A stretch of 64,000 bases of DNA from Eledone cirrhosa (lineage: Eukaryota): NCBI GenBank assembly GCA_964016885.1, contig OZ024740.1, positions 286,316,001 through 286,380,000 on the forward strand, given 5' to 3'. This document shows, in pieces, positions 50,067 to 62,372 of the stretch (its first letter is position 1; every line of letters starts with the position of its first letter). Position numbers and translations under genes: made by a program. Under the pieces are notes generated by a model. That model was not told the DNA's origin. It ran no database searches and saw only the letters and a list, made by a program, of their open reading frames with translations.

Positions 50067-52998
50067 TTATTTTGAGAACAATACCTTAACATAAGTATGA
50101 GCAGCTGGTTATGGCTGGTTTGAACAGAAAGAGGTGAGAGAATTCTGGTTCAATATGGCTGGTTTAAATGCTAAAGGGTTAATCCATGACCTTATGATCA
50201 TGAGTCAAACACCCTAACCACTAGGTCATGCACCTTCAATGTTTATTGCTGATAGCCATTGTTTTTAACCATTCATTTATACTGAATCCACTACAATGTT
50301 TGCCTTGCAATCATAAGGTTCCAAGCACAATCCCACTGCATAACATCTTGCATGAGTGCTATGTTCTATCACCTCAGGTTAATCCAAGCCTTGAGTGAAA
50401 TTGGGTTGATGGAAACTTTGGAATAGATTGTACCTGTAATTCAAAGGGCCAGCTTTGTTATACACTGTGTCATACTGACACTCCCTGAGAATTATGTTAT
50501 GGGTACACGCATCTATGGAATGCTCAGTCACTGGTATGTTAATTTCATTAACAGGCTGTTCCATTAATCAAACAGCTGGAACATTAATGATTGAAACCGA
50601 TGGAGATCCATGTACCTTTACCTTGTTTGTACAGTCATCATCATTGTTTTTATTATCTGTTTTGCCATGCTAGCATGGGTTGGATGAGACTCTGTGGTTG
50701 AATACCCTTCCTGAAGCCAACCCTTGTATTATTCATGGCTGCTCAGCTTACTGAAAATAGCAGCCAACTATCTTAAGTAAAGAAGGAACACAGTATATAA
50801 TGTAGTCTTAATATACCCCTAAAAAAACGTGTTCATAGTTGGAATACATTTCATTGTGGGTCTGCTCAATCAGGGCTGACCGAAGGTTAAACAACCTGGA
50901 ATAAATTTAATAATTCTATACATGTTGATGAGCTAGCATTTGTTTTCAATAATACCTGTTGCCTGAAAACTGTTGTATTGTGTATTCACACTTAAGTGCT
51001 GACCCAACTCTTAATATCCTGTATCACATGAAACCACATTAGAAAGATATTCTTAACAGCACTACGACTTCAACCCATTAAAAATTAAAGTTTTTACTTT
51101 AATACTACAAATTTTCAAATTGATCTATCTATACACTTGTAAAGATACTATAAACATTTGGATTAACAAACCCATTTTGAGATATTTTCTTCTAAATAAT
51201 AAGATGGGAAGACTTAATAGCACATGACTACATACTTGTTATGGAAGTGTTGAAAATAAGCTGGAATATACAATGTTAACTATAAATTATTGCTGCAAAA
51301 CTTATCTTTTGGTAAACCATAGAGGGCATAAATATGCCCATAGAGGGCATAAAACATAGAGGGCATAAATAATCATTTGTAGTAAGGATGTTAACATTAT
51401 AGTTTTTGATATTAAATTCCTATTTAGTAAATCTTTCCAAATTCTTCATTACTTAATTCAAATACAATGTACTTCATTAGAAATCATCATTATTGTTTAA
51501 CGTCTATTTTCCATGCTTGCATGGGTTGTTACATGGGTTCTATCTCTTTCTCTCTCACATGTGTGACTTGTTTTTTGGTAAATGACTAATATCATAAAAT
51601 CTGTCCATAATGTTTATAAATAGTTTATATTGTAATGTCATTACCTCTAATAGTGTTGATTCTTGTATTAAAGTATTAAGATGACTAACAACTGTTTAAA
51701 ATAATATAGAAAGGAGTTGCCTTTCAAAAAATGAATCATCATGTGGGTAAATATTCTATGATGTTAATATTTGTTGCCAACATTTAGAATTCAGGCCAGC
51801 CCTTCAATAATAAAATGTAAATTATATATTGTAGACAGAGGGTGTCTTCAAAACATCTTTCTATGTACTCTTGTGCATATTTTTATTTATGCAAAGATTG
51901 AGATTCTCAGATAGAAAACTAATAATGGTAGTTTTTAATTACTAGTTGAAGTCAATCTCTACATTCAGTTACTTATTTTCAGTTTTAATTAATTGAAAGT
52001 CTGATACATCAATTCTTTTCAATTTTCCTTTTTTATTTTGAATTGTTTCCTTCATCTTTGGCTGATTTAACCCTTTCATCTCCTTATTTCTAATGAAAGA
52101 CACTGTCTGTATGTTTCAAATAATTTTGGAATTAATCAAGACTTTGGAAGCATTTAACTAACTTATTAAATTGATGTTAGATAAATATGAACATTTTAAA
52201 ATGAGCAGCTATGTATCATAAAATCATGGATGGCTTCAGACAGGTTGATAATTATTTGTTCAATGTTTACTTTTCTTTCATATGGGTAGTCTTATTTAAT
52301 TATCCTGCTTGCCCCATTAATTATGTTAACAATAATTAAATAAATTACTATTTATCTTCAATATGGATTATATTTTTGGGGTATTTCCTTGAGCTTTATG
52401 TTGTTTTGTCACTCTAATGTAAGTATAATCTTTGTATATGTATATATTCCTTTCTGTCCATTGATCTGACAGGCATGTGAAGGACTAGAGATGCTATTGT
52501 GCTCTGTTTGAAACTATCACATTCTGTGGGAATGACTGCTTCACCTCATTCATTGTCAGACATTGTCCATGTCTGCTAAAGAACATCCTATTCTTCTCAC
52601 TGCATTGCTTATTACCAAATTTAATATATTGAGACTGGTTTATCAATAATAGTATATTAAAATGAAACTCAATTTGGTGAGGATGATGACCAAATATAGT
52701 TAACAACTTAACAACTGCAGTATTTGTTCTAGCCTTCTGTACTCTGAGAACAAATCCTACTAAGGTCAACTTTGCCTTTCGTCCTTTCAAGGTCTTTCAA
52801 ATAAAGTCCATAGTAGTGGATTGGCAGAATTGTTATAACATTAAATGGGGTGCCTTGCAGTATTCATTCCTACTCTTTATGTTCAGTGTTGTATACTTGT
52901 GTGACAGAAATAATCCATTCAGTTGTCAACTAGATGATTGTTTTGCCTTCAATTATAATTTTTTACTTTATAATTTCCCTGTTATTTATAATTGTAAG

Positions 52999-53050
<52 letters not shown>

Positions 53051-55399
53051 TCTCTCTCTCTCTCTCTCTCTCAGAGAGACAGAAAAGAATTGGTTTCTAT
53101 TTTCTCTGTGTGAAGTGGAAAAAGAATGCTGAGTTTGTTCAGTAAAATGAAATATTTTTGTCAGTCTTGAAACAACACCAACTAATATGTAGGTGGAATA
53201 TATAGAAATTGTACTAATATTATTTCAGATTGGTACTTCATTATGAAGCTAACTTTTTCTTCCTATCTCCTTCTCTTTCTATTTTCCTTTCTCTCTTTTT
53301 TTCCCTCCCAATTTGAAGAATGGATACAATTAAGATATAAAGTTTTGGTAGCTAATATATTTAAAATTACCAGTCTGAAAATTATTAATTTTCTATTATT
53401 TACAAGGGCAGAAGTCCCCCCCCCCCCCACACACACCTCCAGATATTTTAATTCCATTGACATTTGACTTTGAAGTAAGGTGATGGATGCATGTAATCCT
53501 CATGTAAAGATCTGGTAATAAGGCCCAAGCCTGATGTAAAATGTAAGCTCTCATAGCTAGTAATAGGCCCAGGCCAAATGTGAAACGTCGGCCATATTTC
53601 AAACTACTCATTAAGTATTTTAGTAATTAGCGTTAAATAGATTTGACTTATTATGCTTTATGATTTAGCAGAAAATATCTAAAAAAAAAAAAAAAAGTTT
53701 TAATTCAAATGTCCATAGTATCTATAGTAGTGGACAGATTGTTGTGAAAATTTGCAATATTAGTATAAAGACTTTTTATTTTTAATGTGATGCATTCTCA
53801 ATGCTGTTTGTATTGTTTAAGAATATCTTGCTAATGCAGTTTCATGTTAGTACAGGAGGTTGAGAGTTAAAGATATATATCTTTTTGTCTGCCTTGTACA
53901 TGAAATAGAACAAAATATCAGAACTGGAATTTGAGGCAAGTACCACCCCTTCTCTCAAAAAGAGGTTGTAGGCTCAAGCCAACTGGCCTATCTGGTACAC
54001 CTCCTCCCTCCTTTTCTATCTTTGATACATGTAGGAAAAACAACATTGTGAATAGGAGAATTACAGAAGGTTATAGTTCTTGTCTGAGGAATGTTTGAAT
54101 AAAGTGTTTTGTGTGGGGTGTTTTGAGAAGAGAGGAAATTCATGTATTATTTGGTTGGTTTGGCTTGGCTGCAGTTAGTAAATAGCTTACTAATGTTGTG
54201 TTGCTGAAACTGTTGTAGTAGTGACATAAGAGGTAGACAGAAGAAACAATGTCTGAAGGCTTATGATTGTAAAATTTGTAGACCCAATGTGTGACACCTT
54301 GAGCAAGTGTTTTTACCATAGCCTCAGGTTGACTCAAGTTTTGTGAGTGAAATTGGGTAGATGAGAACTGTTTGGAAGCCCATTATTGTAACAATAATTC
54401 AAAAAGACCAGCTTTGTTGCACACTGTCACACTGAATCTCCCTGAGAATTATGTTAAGGATACATGTACCTATGGAATACTCAGTCATTTTTTTACATTA
54501 ATTCATGAGCAGGCTGTTCCGTTGATCACTCATCATCAAAACTGTCGAAGGGTCTATTCAATTGTGACATGATGATTGAGAATCTACTGGATTACATTCC
54601 TGGTGCGGATACAATAGTGTTGACAAGAAATTTACTTAACTACATGGTTCTGTATTTCGTTCTACCACATGGCACCTAAGGCAAATGTCTTCTACTAGTG
54701 GTAATGTATGCCATGTTGACTCTTTTGATACCAAACTGCCCCAGGTTCTATTTTAAAGTGTTTATGTTTATCTAAAATCCTTAGATCATGATTTTATGTA
54801 AGAACCTTTATGTCCCAAACACCAAACTTAATAATGAAAACGTTAGTTATATTACTAAATCCCATCGAATTCTTAATTATTTTCAAAAGGGTTTGAAAAT
54901 CATAGGCAGTGTCTTTTATTGGAAATATGGTAGTGAAATTTGGTAGATGGAATCTGTGCAGAAGGGACATGAGATAAACAGGTGTCTTTTTTTTTTTTTA
55001 TGATACAAAATTGGAAGACAAATGAAAAACTAAAAGCAAGTTTCTCAAAAGCAAATGGAAGCAACAATGACATACAGATAACTTTTATAATTCCTAATAA
55101 ATGTATTATTTTCTATTAAATGTCTATATATTTCTTCTTTATATGCTAAATGGTTGCTTTGATTTTTAAAAATCACATCATTGTGAAATGGTGACTGGGC
55201 ATTTTGCACTGTGAGTGTATGTTTGTACATATCTATAAGATGCATAAACACAGTACTGGATTAGGCATAAGCTAAACAAGTTAGTTTGGTCTTACAATTT
55301 GTAGGGACCTCTGAATAAAAAAGCATGTTTTCAATTTTTGTGAAAGCTTCTGTTGTAAATTTTTAACATAAACATCCAAGTTTTATATAGCTTAGGGTC

Positions 55400-55800
55400 T
55401 CAACAAGTCTAAATCCAGCACTGCATAGAAGATATACTGCAAATAGATTAAAAAAACTACTGTATGCATTCATGAGGACACATCTGAGACATATCATGAA
55501 CATCACATGGAAAGACATGGTCAGAAATATTCTTATTCTAGAGAAAGTCAGGCTTCCTAGAATGGAAGACATATTGGTGTAAGGAAACTTCTGTTGACCA
55601 AGCCAGCAGAAGTCCAAAGGATGGGGGAAACTTGGTTGCCAATACAAATACTTTATTCCTAATTATCTAGTGGTACAAGAAATCATAGAGACCTCAACTG
55701 AGATATAAGAATGTGGCTAAACATATGAGGAAACTGAACATCAATTCTTGCAGTTGTACCACAGCAGATGAGGATAGAAACTTATGGAAGAGATTGATTC
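55400..55800 (+). mobile_element. Old RTE (BovB-like) LINE 3' fragment
   Basis: Degenerate translation AFMRTHLRHIMNITWKDMVRNILILEKVRLPRMEDIL...QILYS*LSSGTRN...RPQLRYKNVAK...DRNLWKRLI. Confidence 0.72.
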
Positions 55801-55868
55801 ACTTCTAATGCTATATATATCAGTACATTTCATGTAGACTTTCATCATCAACTACCAATGGCCTGCCT

Positions 55869-56103
55869 ATGAAGATGATGATGGTGATGATGATGGCCGT
55901 GGTGGTGGCAATGATGATGATGGTCGTGGTGGTGGTGATGATGATGATGGTCGTGGTGGTGATGATGATGATGGTCGTGGTGGTGATGATGATGATGGTC
56001 GTGGTGATGATGATGATGGTCGTGGTGGTGGTGGTGGTGATGATGATGATGGTTGTGGTGGTGGTGATGATGATGATGGTTGTGGTGGTGGCGGTGATGA
56101 TGA
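55869..56103. repeat. Compound (ATG)n/(GTG)n trinucleotide repeat with a higher-order unit
   Basis: Repeated unit GTC/GTT-(GTG)2-5-(ATG)4, about 8 iterations; ends about 52 nt upstream of the exon acceptor at 56155. Confidence 0.92.
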
Positions 56104-56196
56104 CAATAGTGGGTTTGGATATATGTAATTATTTTGTTGTTCTTGTATATTACAGATTTCTTAGATGAAAAATTAATATCAACCTGAGCAGTAAAT

Positions 56197-56481
56197 ATGG
56201 CTAACACTTCTACAACCAGTGGTCCTTTCAATCCTTATTGTAAGAAGTCAAGTGACAATGGATCATGTTCAGGACTGATATTACCCATCCTCAATGAAGA
56301 TGCGTGGCCCATAGGGTTCCGTGCTTTTGTATACCTTATGGGATTACTTTGGTGCTTCTTGGGTGTATCTATTATTGCTGATACATTTATGTGTTCCATT
56401 GAACGCATTACAAGTAAAACCCGTAAAATAAGAGTAGCAGACAGCAGCAAACCAAATGGATTTCATGAAATTGATGTAAAG
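56197..56481 (+). CDS. NCX: Sodium/calcium exchanger (NCX/SLC8 family), first coding exon (exon 56156-56481; 95 codons, TM1)
   Basis: CSGLILP...RAFVYLMGLLWCFLGVSIIADTFMCSIERITSKTRKI matches the NCX motif FLGVSIIADRFMxSIEVITS. Acceptor TTACAG| at 56155, in-frame upstream TGA at 56185-56187, phase-0 donor AAG|GTAATT at 56481. Confidence 0.95.
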
Positions 56482-56869
56482 GTAATTTAAATAGATTTTC
56501 TTTTATACTATTATAATATCAAAGAACTTAATGTATTCCATCATACATATGAAGGGCCTTAGTTGTATGCTTGCCACTTAAATTATAATATTAAAAAAAA
56601 AAGAAAAAAAATTAATTTTCATAGCTATAAGTCTTTTGTTTTTTTAAATTATTATTTAGAGGAAGGAGGGGAGAAGTCCATGACTTCTACAGACCTTCTC
56701 AAATAGATGACATATTCAGCTTCAATGTCTGTAGGTTAATCTCAAAATGCTTAACCTCACACAGATGACAAAGGAATATTATGAGTGGAAGGAGGCCGTG
56801 CTGGGAAGAACCCATCCAACTCTTGCAAGCATCAAAAAGTGGCCATAAAATGGTGATAATGTGTAAAGG

Positions 56870-57130
56870 CACGTATTTTAGTGGTTGTGGTTGCTTGAAC
56901 GAGACACTTATTGGAAAAAAGGAATTGTGATGTCACTGGTACCAAGCTGTATCAGCTTTTGCTTTTTTTTTTTTTTTTTTTTGCACAACATCTGTGACAT
57001 GGAGTGGGGAAACTGGGATGCATAGACAATTGCTGGTCTCCAACATAACACCTTGTCCAGGCTTGCACTTCGGAGAGGAACTTTCCAGGTACAAACCTAT
57101 GGTCAGTTACGATGGAAAGCGGTCTGGTCT
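56870..57130 (+). mobile_element. Degraded SINE in the NCX intron
   Basis: Remnant tRNA-like head; body homologous to the minus-strand SINE at about 62160-62370 (TGCTGGTCT.C.ACATA...CAGGC.TG...CC.ATGGTCAG). Confidence 0.5.
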
Positions 57131-57287
57131 ACAAGCTAAAAATATACTTATGTCAATGATTTTGTTTTTAAAAATACATAGAATAGAAAAACAACTTGAA
57201 TGTTTTACATATTTCTATCAATATTTATACCTTTCATTTTTCCTTTAACAATAGAAACTGAAATCCTTTTATTTTATATTCATTTAG

Positions 57288-57714
57288 GTATGGAATGACA
57301 CTGTTGCCAACCTCAGTCTTTTGGCTCTTGGTACAAGTGCTCCAGAAATCTTGCTGTCTGTTATTGAAATTCTGGGAAACGGCTTCTGTGCTGGTGCTCT
57401 TGGACCATCAACCATTGTAGGCTCAGCTGCTTTCAACTTATTTGTCATATCTGGTATTTGTATCATGACAATTCCAGCTGGTGACTTCCGCCGCATCAAA
57501 AGCATGCGGGTGTTTGGCATCACCGCATTCTTTTGCCTTTTTGCTTATATGTGGCTCGCTATTGTTTTGCTAGCCATCAGCCCCAATGTAGTCGAATTAT
57601 GGGAAGCCATTGTGACTTTAATGTTTTTCCCACTTCTCATTCTTATTGCCTATTTGGTTGACCGGAAGTGCTGTATGGATCGTAAATCCACAGGAATCTA
57701 TGAAATAGCAATGG
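57288..57714 (+). CDS. NCX: Sodium/calcium exchanger (NCX/SLC8 family), second coding exon (TM2-TM5, alpha-1 repeat); gene continues beyond the window
   Basis: Acceptor CATTTAG| at 57287, phase 0, joining ...IDVK to VWNDTVANLSLLALGTSAPEILLSVIEI...LGPSTIVGSAAFNLF...ISPNVVELWEAIVTLMFFP, all NCX-specific motifs. Phase-1 donor G|GTAAGT at 57714. Confidence 0.96.
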
Positions 57715-58338
57715 GTAAGTTCCTATATGAATAATTAATTCATTTTTGTTAATAGTTATAACTTCTATAAGATTAGCAATATTGTGTTTTCTAGATGAGG
57801 TACAAAGTAAGTATATCATACATGGAATCGGGTATAGTAAATTAAATCAATACCAGCAGCTTACTGATACATATTTTATTAGTTCTAAAGGAGTGAAAGG
57901 TTATAATAAGTATGGATATAATTTGATTTTTCTTGAGATACTGAATTGAAAAGTACAAAGTACATTCTGTTAAGAGGTTGGTAAGAGGAGGGGCATTTAG
58001 CTGTAGAAACTAGGCTAACATGAAATGAACGAGCACAATGCTGTCTTCTATAGTGTCTAGGAAAGCAGTAACTTTGAATAAGACCTGACTGTGATGACCT
58101 GACTCACTCATACCAGCATGGAATGTGGATGTAAAATGATGATGGAAGCATCAATACTGGCTCTTTACCTAGTCCAATTAAGCTTCTCATTGTAGAACTG
58201 GATTAAACTCTTGGCTGTGACTCTTTTTTAAAGCCATTTCACTTCAGTCATGTTATTGATATCTTTAAGAAAGACATGAACGCCAGATAATCTTAGCCCA
58301 CCCCTTCCCTCATCATCTATGTATCTGCAACCCTTTAT

Positions 58339-58552
58339 TTAACTCTTAACATCCTGTAATGCTTTAGCAGAAAATATGTAAAAACAGGTTTGTTAATTTA
58401 AATGTTTATAGTATCTTCACTAACTGATAGATTGTTTTGAAAAATTGCAATATTAGGGTAATGACTTTTTTTTAATGTAATGCAGTCATAGTGTACTTTT
58501 TAAGACTACCTTGCTAGTGTGATTTCATGCAGTACAGAACATTAAGAGTTAA
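58339..58552. mobile_element. TTAA-flanked piggyBac-like MITE, second family
   Basis: TTAA-CTCTTAACATCCTGTA ... TACAGAACATTAAGAG-TTAA inverted ends; homologous internal sequence at about 15240-15440 and 53640-53870. Confidence 0.7.
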
Positions 58553-58918
58553 GAAATCAATACTTATAACATCAAAGCATGTGAAGATAGCCAAATAGAA
58601 GAACTGACTGCTTTGATTATAATTTGGTACTACTATACCATTCAAAGTTCAAATCCTACTGGTTGTTGATGTTGATTTAAAATGAAATAGGTACAACTAC
58701 AATAACAAACTTTTTAAGGCTAATTTCCCTGCTAAAGCAGGAGTTAGCCTTGTAGGCCTCATGACAAGCTTCATAATCATCAAGAGGTGCTTTTTTTTTA
58801 ATCAATGCTTTATCACTGGATATCCTTCCTGGTATCGGTTCTTTCAGTCACCTCTTACAATATGCAAGGGCATGGTGTATTTATTCTAAACTGGTTACAT
58901 ACAACTTAAAATGCAATA

Positions 58919-59100
58919 CCATATATTCTCGAATGTAATCCGAGAAATATGTGACCAAAAAATCGATGGTTGGTTTATAAACACTAGCTTAACAATATGT
59001 TGATTAGCTGCCTCAGTTTATAGTGTTTGGATTTTCGCCCATTTCTCATAAAATGATGGGTGGTTTATATTTGGATCGGCTTATATTCGAGTATATATGA
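58919..59100. mobile_element. Tc2/pogo-like MITE with TA TSD
   Basis: TA-CCATATATTCTCGAATGTAATCCGA ... TCGGCTTATATTCGAGTATATATGA-TA: 25-bp imperfect TIRs of the CCGTATATACTCGA type, flanked by TA. Confidence 0.78.
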
Positions 59101-59399
59101 TAAATACCAGTAAAATATTTATGGTTGGTTTAGTTGTCTATACTTTCTTTCCTGCCTGAATTGACTTTGTACCTAATCAAGAGATGCAGTTATTGTTAAT
59201 GATTTCAACAACATTAATATTTTTTTCTTTTTCTTTTTTTTTTATTTCTTGCAATATACCTTTATATAAATTTTTTTTATATTTCAGAGATTTTTTTAAC
59301 CTTTTGTGTTAGAGCAAATCAAATTTAATGTTTTTTGTTTTGTTTTTAGGAATTGGTTGTATTACATTAGCCTATTTAACTATATTTTGCTGACATATT

Positions 59400-59818
59400 T
59401 TTCTTAAATTTTTAAATAATCTTTGAAAATAATAAGAAATTTGAAGGAATTTAGTAATATATAATAATCTGGTGTTTAGAACATAACAAAACAAAGGTTC
59501 TTACATAGCATTATGACGGAAGGTTTTTAAGATTAATATAAACAATTTAAAGCAAATGGTTCTAGCAATTCAACTCTTTGATACTAAACTACCTGAAACC
59601 ACCTCTGGTTCAATGATGTAGAACTGTTTGTTTTAAAGTGTTTATATTTATCTTAAAACATTCCATCATAATTTTATATAAGAATCTTTATCTTCCAAAT
59701 GCCAGCTCAATAATGAGGAAGCTGTATTTCTAAATTCCTCATTTTTGCATTATTTTCAATATTATTTGAAAATTATGAGCAGTGTCTTTCATTAGGAATA
59801 TTTTACTGAAAGGGTTAA
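59400..59818. mobile_element. Two adjacent, oppositely oriented copies of the TTAA MITE family
   Basis: About 59400-59567 is the approximate reverse complement of about 59617-59775; the second copy ends AAGGG-TTAA (59815-59818). Confidence 0.7.
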
Positions 59819-60742
59819 TACATTATAGATAAGCACTTGGCCAATGTGGAATAAAAATTAAACAGCTGATTTTTATATTTAATTATAAGTAGACTTGAAG
59901 TGATATAAATGACATTGGCAGCCTTCCATAAACATAAGAGGCTTTCAAACATGATGCATGGGGTGCCAGATGCTGTAGAAACTTAGTCACCAGCTTGAAT
60001 AACTTACTCTTTTCCCTGTGATGTTCCTGGCTAGTCATAGATAACCCAGACATTCTTAAATACTTACATCCAAATTCAGTTTCTGCACAGATGTCACACT
60101 TCCACACCCAAAGCTCATCTGATTACTATCTCATCAGCACAGTCTCACTCCACCATAATAACTGTCACACAAGCTGACTACACCACCACTACTACTACTA
60201 CTTCTACTGTTAGTAAAACCCATTACTAGGCAACTAACTGGTGTTTCACAACAGGTTGTTCTGCTGTATCTCTACTGGCAAAAAAACAGCCTACAATACT
60301 TGGAGGAAATCCTCAGTTACTAACTGGGAGAATTTTCTATCTTGACTGTTCATATTTGACTGGCATTCCTTTCGTGACATCTTTTTTATTTATTTTTTTT
60401 AAAGCATGATGTATCCAGAATTACATTATGTAATATGCCCTCTTTTTAAAGATAACAACTGAAAGAATTTTCAACAAACGAAATTCCTCATACAAACTGG
60501 CTTCCAAGACAGCAAATGTTTTTGAAAATTATATGGCCTGCCAGCACTTTTACTTCTCGAATGCAGTCACATGTTCAAGCCAAAACAGATACATTAAACT
60601 TTACTGATTCCACCTACTTACGTTCTAAGCTGCAGCCTTACAAATGCAGTCATCATATTCACTGCCCTCTCCTCCCGCCTTAAAAAAAAAACTATGCACT
60701 CATATAAAAATGTTTCTATCCTACTTTCCATAAAGTCATAAG

Positions 60743-61004
60743 TTAATCCTTTTGATATCAAACAACTTGAAACTGCCCTGAGTTCTGTGGTACAAAATTT
60801 TATTTCTAAGAGTTTATATTTATCTAAAAGGATTTTGCATCATAATTTTATGTATGAGCTTTTATATTCCAAATACTATTAAACTATTAATAATGAGAAA
60901 GTGAGTTATTTTACAAAATCCCTCCAAATTCTTGATTATTTTCAAAATTATGTGAAAATCATAGGCACTGTATTTAATTAGAAATATTGTAACAAAAGGG
61001 TTAA
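60743..61004. mobile_element. TTAA-flanked piggyBac-like MITE, complete copy
   Basis: TTAA-TCCTTTTGATA ... TAACAAAAGGG-TTAA; about 260 bp; homologous to at least eight other copies in the window. Confidence 0.75.
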
Positions 61005-61222
61005 ATGATATTTGATATTTGTGCATACAAACGAAAAGAAATAATTATAATAATAAAATAGATAAAAATGAAATGAAAGATCTATAAACTAATAATGTTT
61101 TTCTTTGTTCAACTACACCAGCACCACAAAAACAAGGTAAGTTTTGATTTTGTGTCAGAAATTTCATTTCATTCAGAAAACTAAAAATAAATTTGTTGGG
61201 CATATTCATTTTATTATTAAAC

Positions 61223-61557
61223 TTAGCTTTGCCTTTCATCCTTACGGGGTTGATAAAATAAAGTACCAGTAATACACTGGAGAAATTGCAGGTCTTGTGC
61301 CAAAAGTAGAAACAATTATTAAACTTATGATACCAACCCATCTAAAACCGGCACTGGTGCTATGGAACAAATCTGCTTTTAAAGGGTTCCTATTTAAATT
61401 AAAATCTTCCAACATAATTTTATATAAGAACCATATATTAAGTTATTATCTTAGTAATGAAATAATTTTAATAAATTATTTAGTAAATCCCCCAAAATTC
61501 TTCATTAATTAATTAAAATAGTGTATTTCATTAGGAGTATAGACAGGAAAGGGTTAA
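61223..61557 (+). mobile_element. SINE family B 3' half abutting a TTAA MITE copy
   Basis: 61223-61320 matches the family B tail; 61319-61557 is a TTAA...GGG-TTAA MITE. Confidence 0.72.
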
Positions 61558-62149
61558 TTTGTTTAATACAACCATCTGAATTATTTATCATACAAATGTC
61601 TTATTTTTAGTTGGAAATACAGTGAAACAAGAGAAACAGTTGAGCATTAGACAAAAGATTTTGTGGTATTTAGTTTCATCCATTTATACCAGTTATATAT
61701 TACAGCCAATGTTATAAGTGATACCCTCCTTACGAATCTGAGCTTATGCTACTGTTAAAATCCTATCTAATAATATGGGTATTGTCTGTGAAATTCAACT
61801 CTCAAACAATTATTTATTGACACCAAATGGATCAAAGGCAAAAGTTGATCTCGGCAGGATTTGAATGCAGAGCAATGAGAATCAGAGCAAATATGCAAAG
61901 CATTCTATCTGAAGCTCTAGTGATTCTACCAATCCACTTCCTGTGATGAGTTCAAGTGATGAATGTATAACATTTAAAATCTGTAGTTAATGAAGATACT
62001 AATCATAGGCTATCTAAAATCACAAGAGTAAAACATTCTATAGTCTTATAGTTAATTTTTCTGTCTCACTACTTCAACATAAATATGTTTGTAATAATAA
62101 CATATATAGTAGTATATCTTGTAAGGAAAGGGCCCACTTCTATTTTGAC

Positions 62150-62372
62150 TAGCCATGGGTTATACATACTTTCATGACCGACTGACCATGGGTTTTCCTC
62201 TGAGGCACAGGCCTGTATGCTATGTATGTGGAAGACCAGCAGTTACCAATGCATGTAAGTCTCCCTTTCCATGACTTTGATGGACTGGAGCAGCATGAAA
62301 TAAAGTGACTGACTCAAGGTCTGGGATTTGAACTCATGACTGCAGCACTCTAATCACTAAGCCTCACCTTCA
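62150..62372 (-). mobile_element. CORE-like tRNA SINE, degraded
   Basis: Minus-strand A box (GGCTTAGTGATTAGAG), B box (GAGTTCAAATCC) and core TTGAGTCAGTCACTTTATTTCATGCTGCTCCAG. Confidence 0.7.

Noticed and set aside
51318-51370. Three copies of CATAGAGGGCATAAA
   Set aside because: A short local slippage repeat with no further structure.
4403-55647. Numerous 60-130-aa ORFs in AT-rich sequence
   Set aside because: Low-complexity or repeat-derived, many with non-ATG starts, no recognisable domains and no splice support.
55848-56231. ORFs encoding poly-His, poly-Ser/Pro and poly-Met/Val
   Set aside because: All are translations of the (ATG/GTG)n microsatellite in different frames; there is no coding context.
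56482-56490. ORF-track extensions of NCX (56482-56490 and 57715-57734) and the TTG start at 57321
   Set aside because: These are read-through into introns and an internal Leu codon; splice sites at 56481, 57288 and 57714 give a continuous NCX frame.
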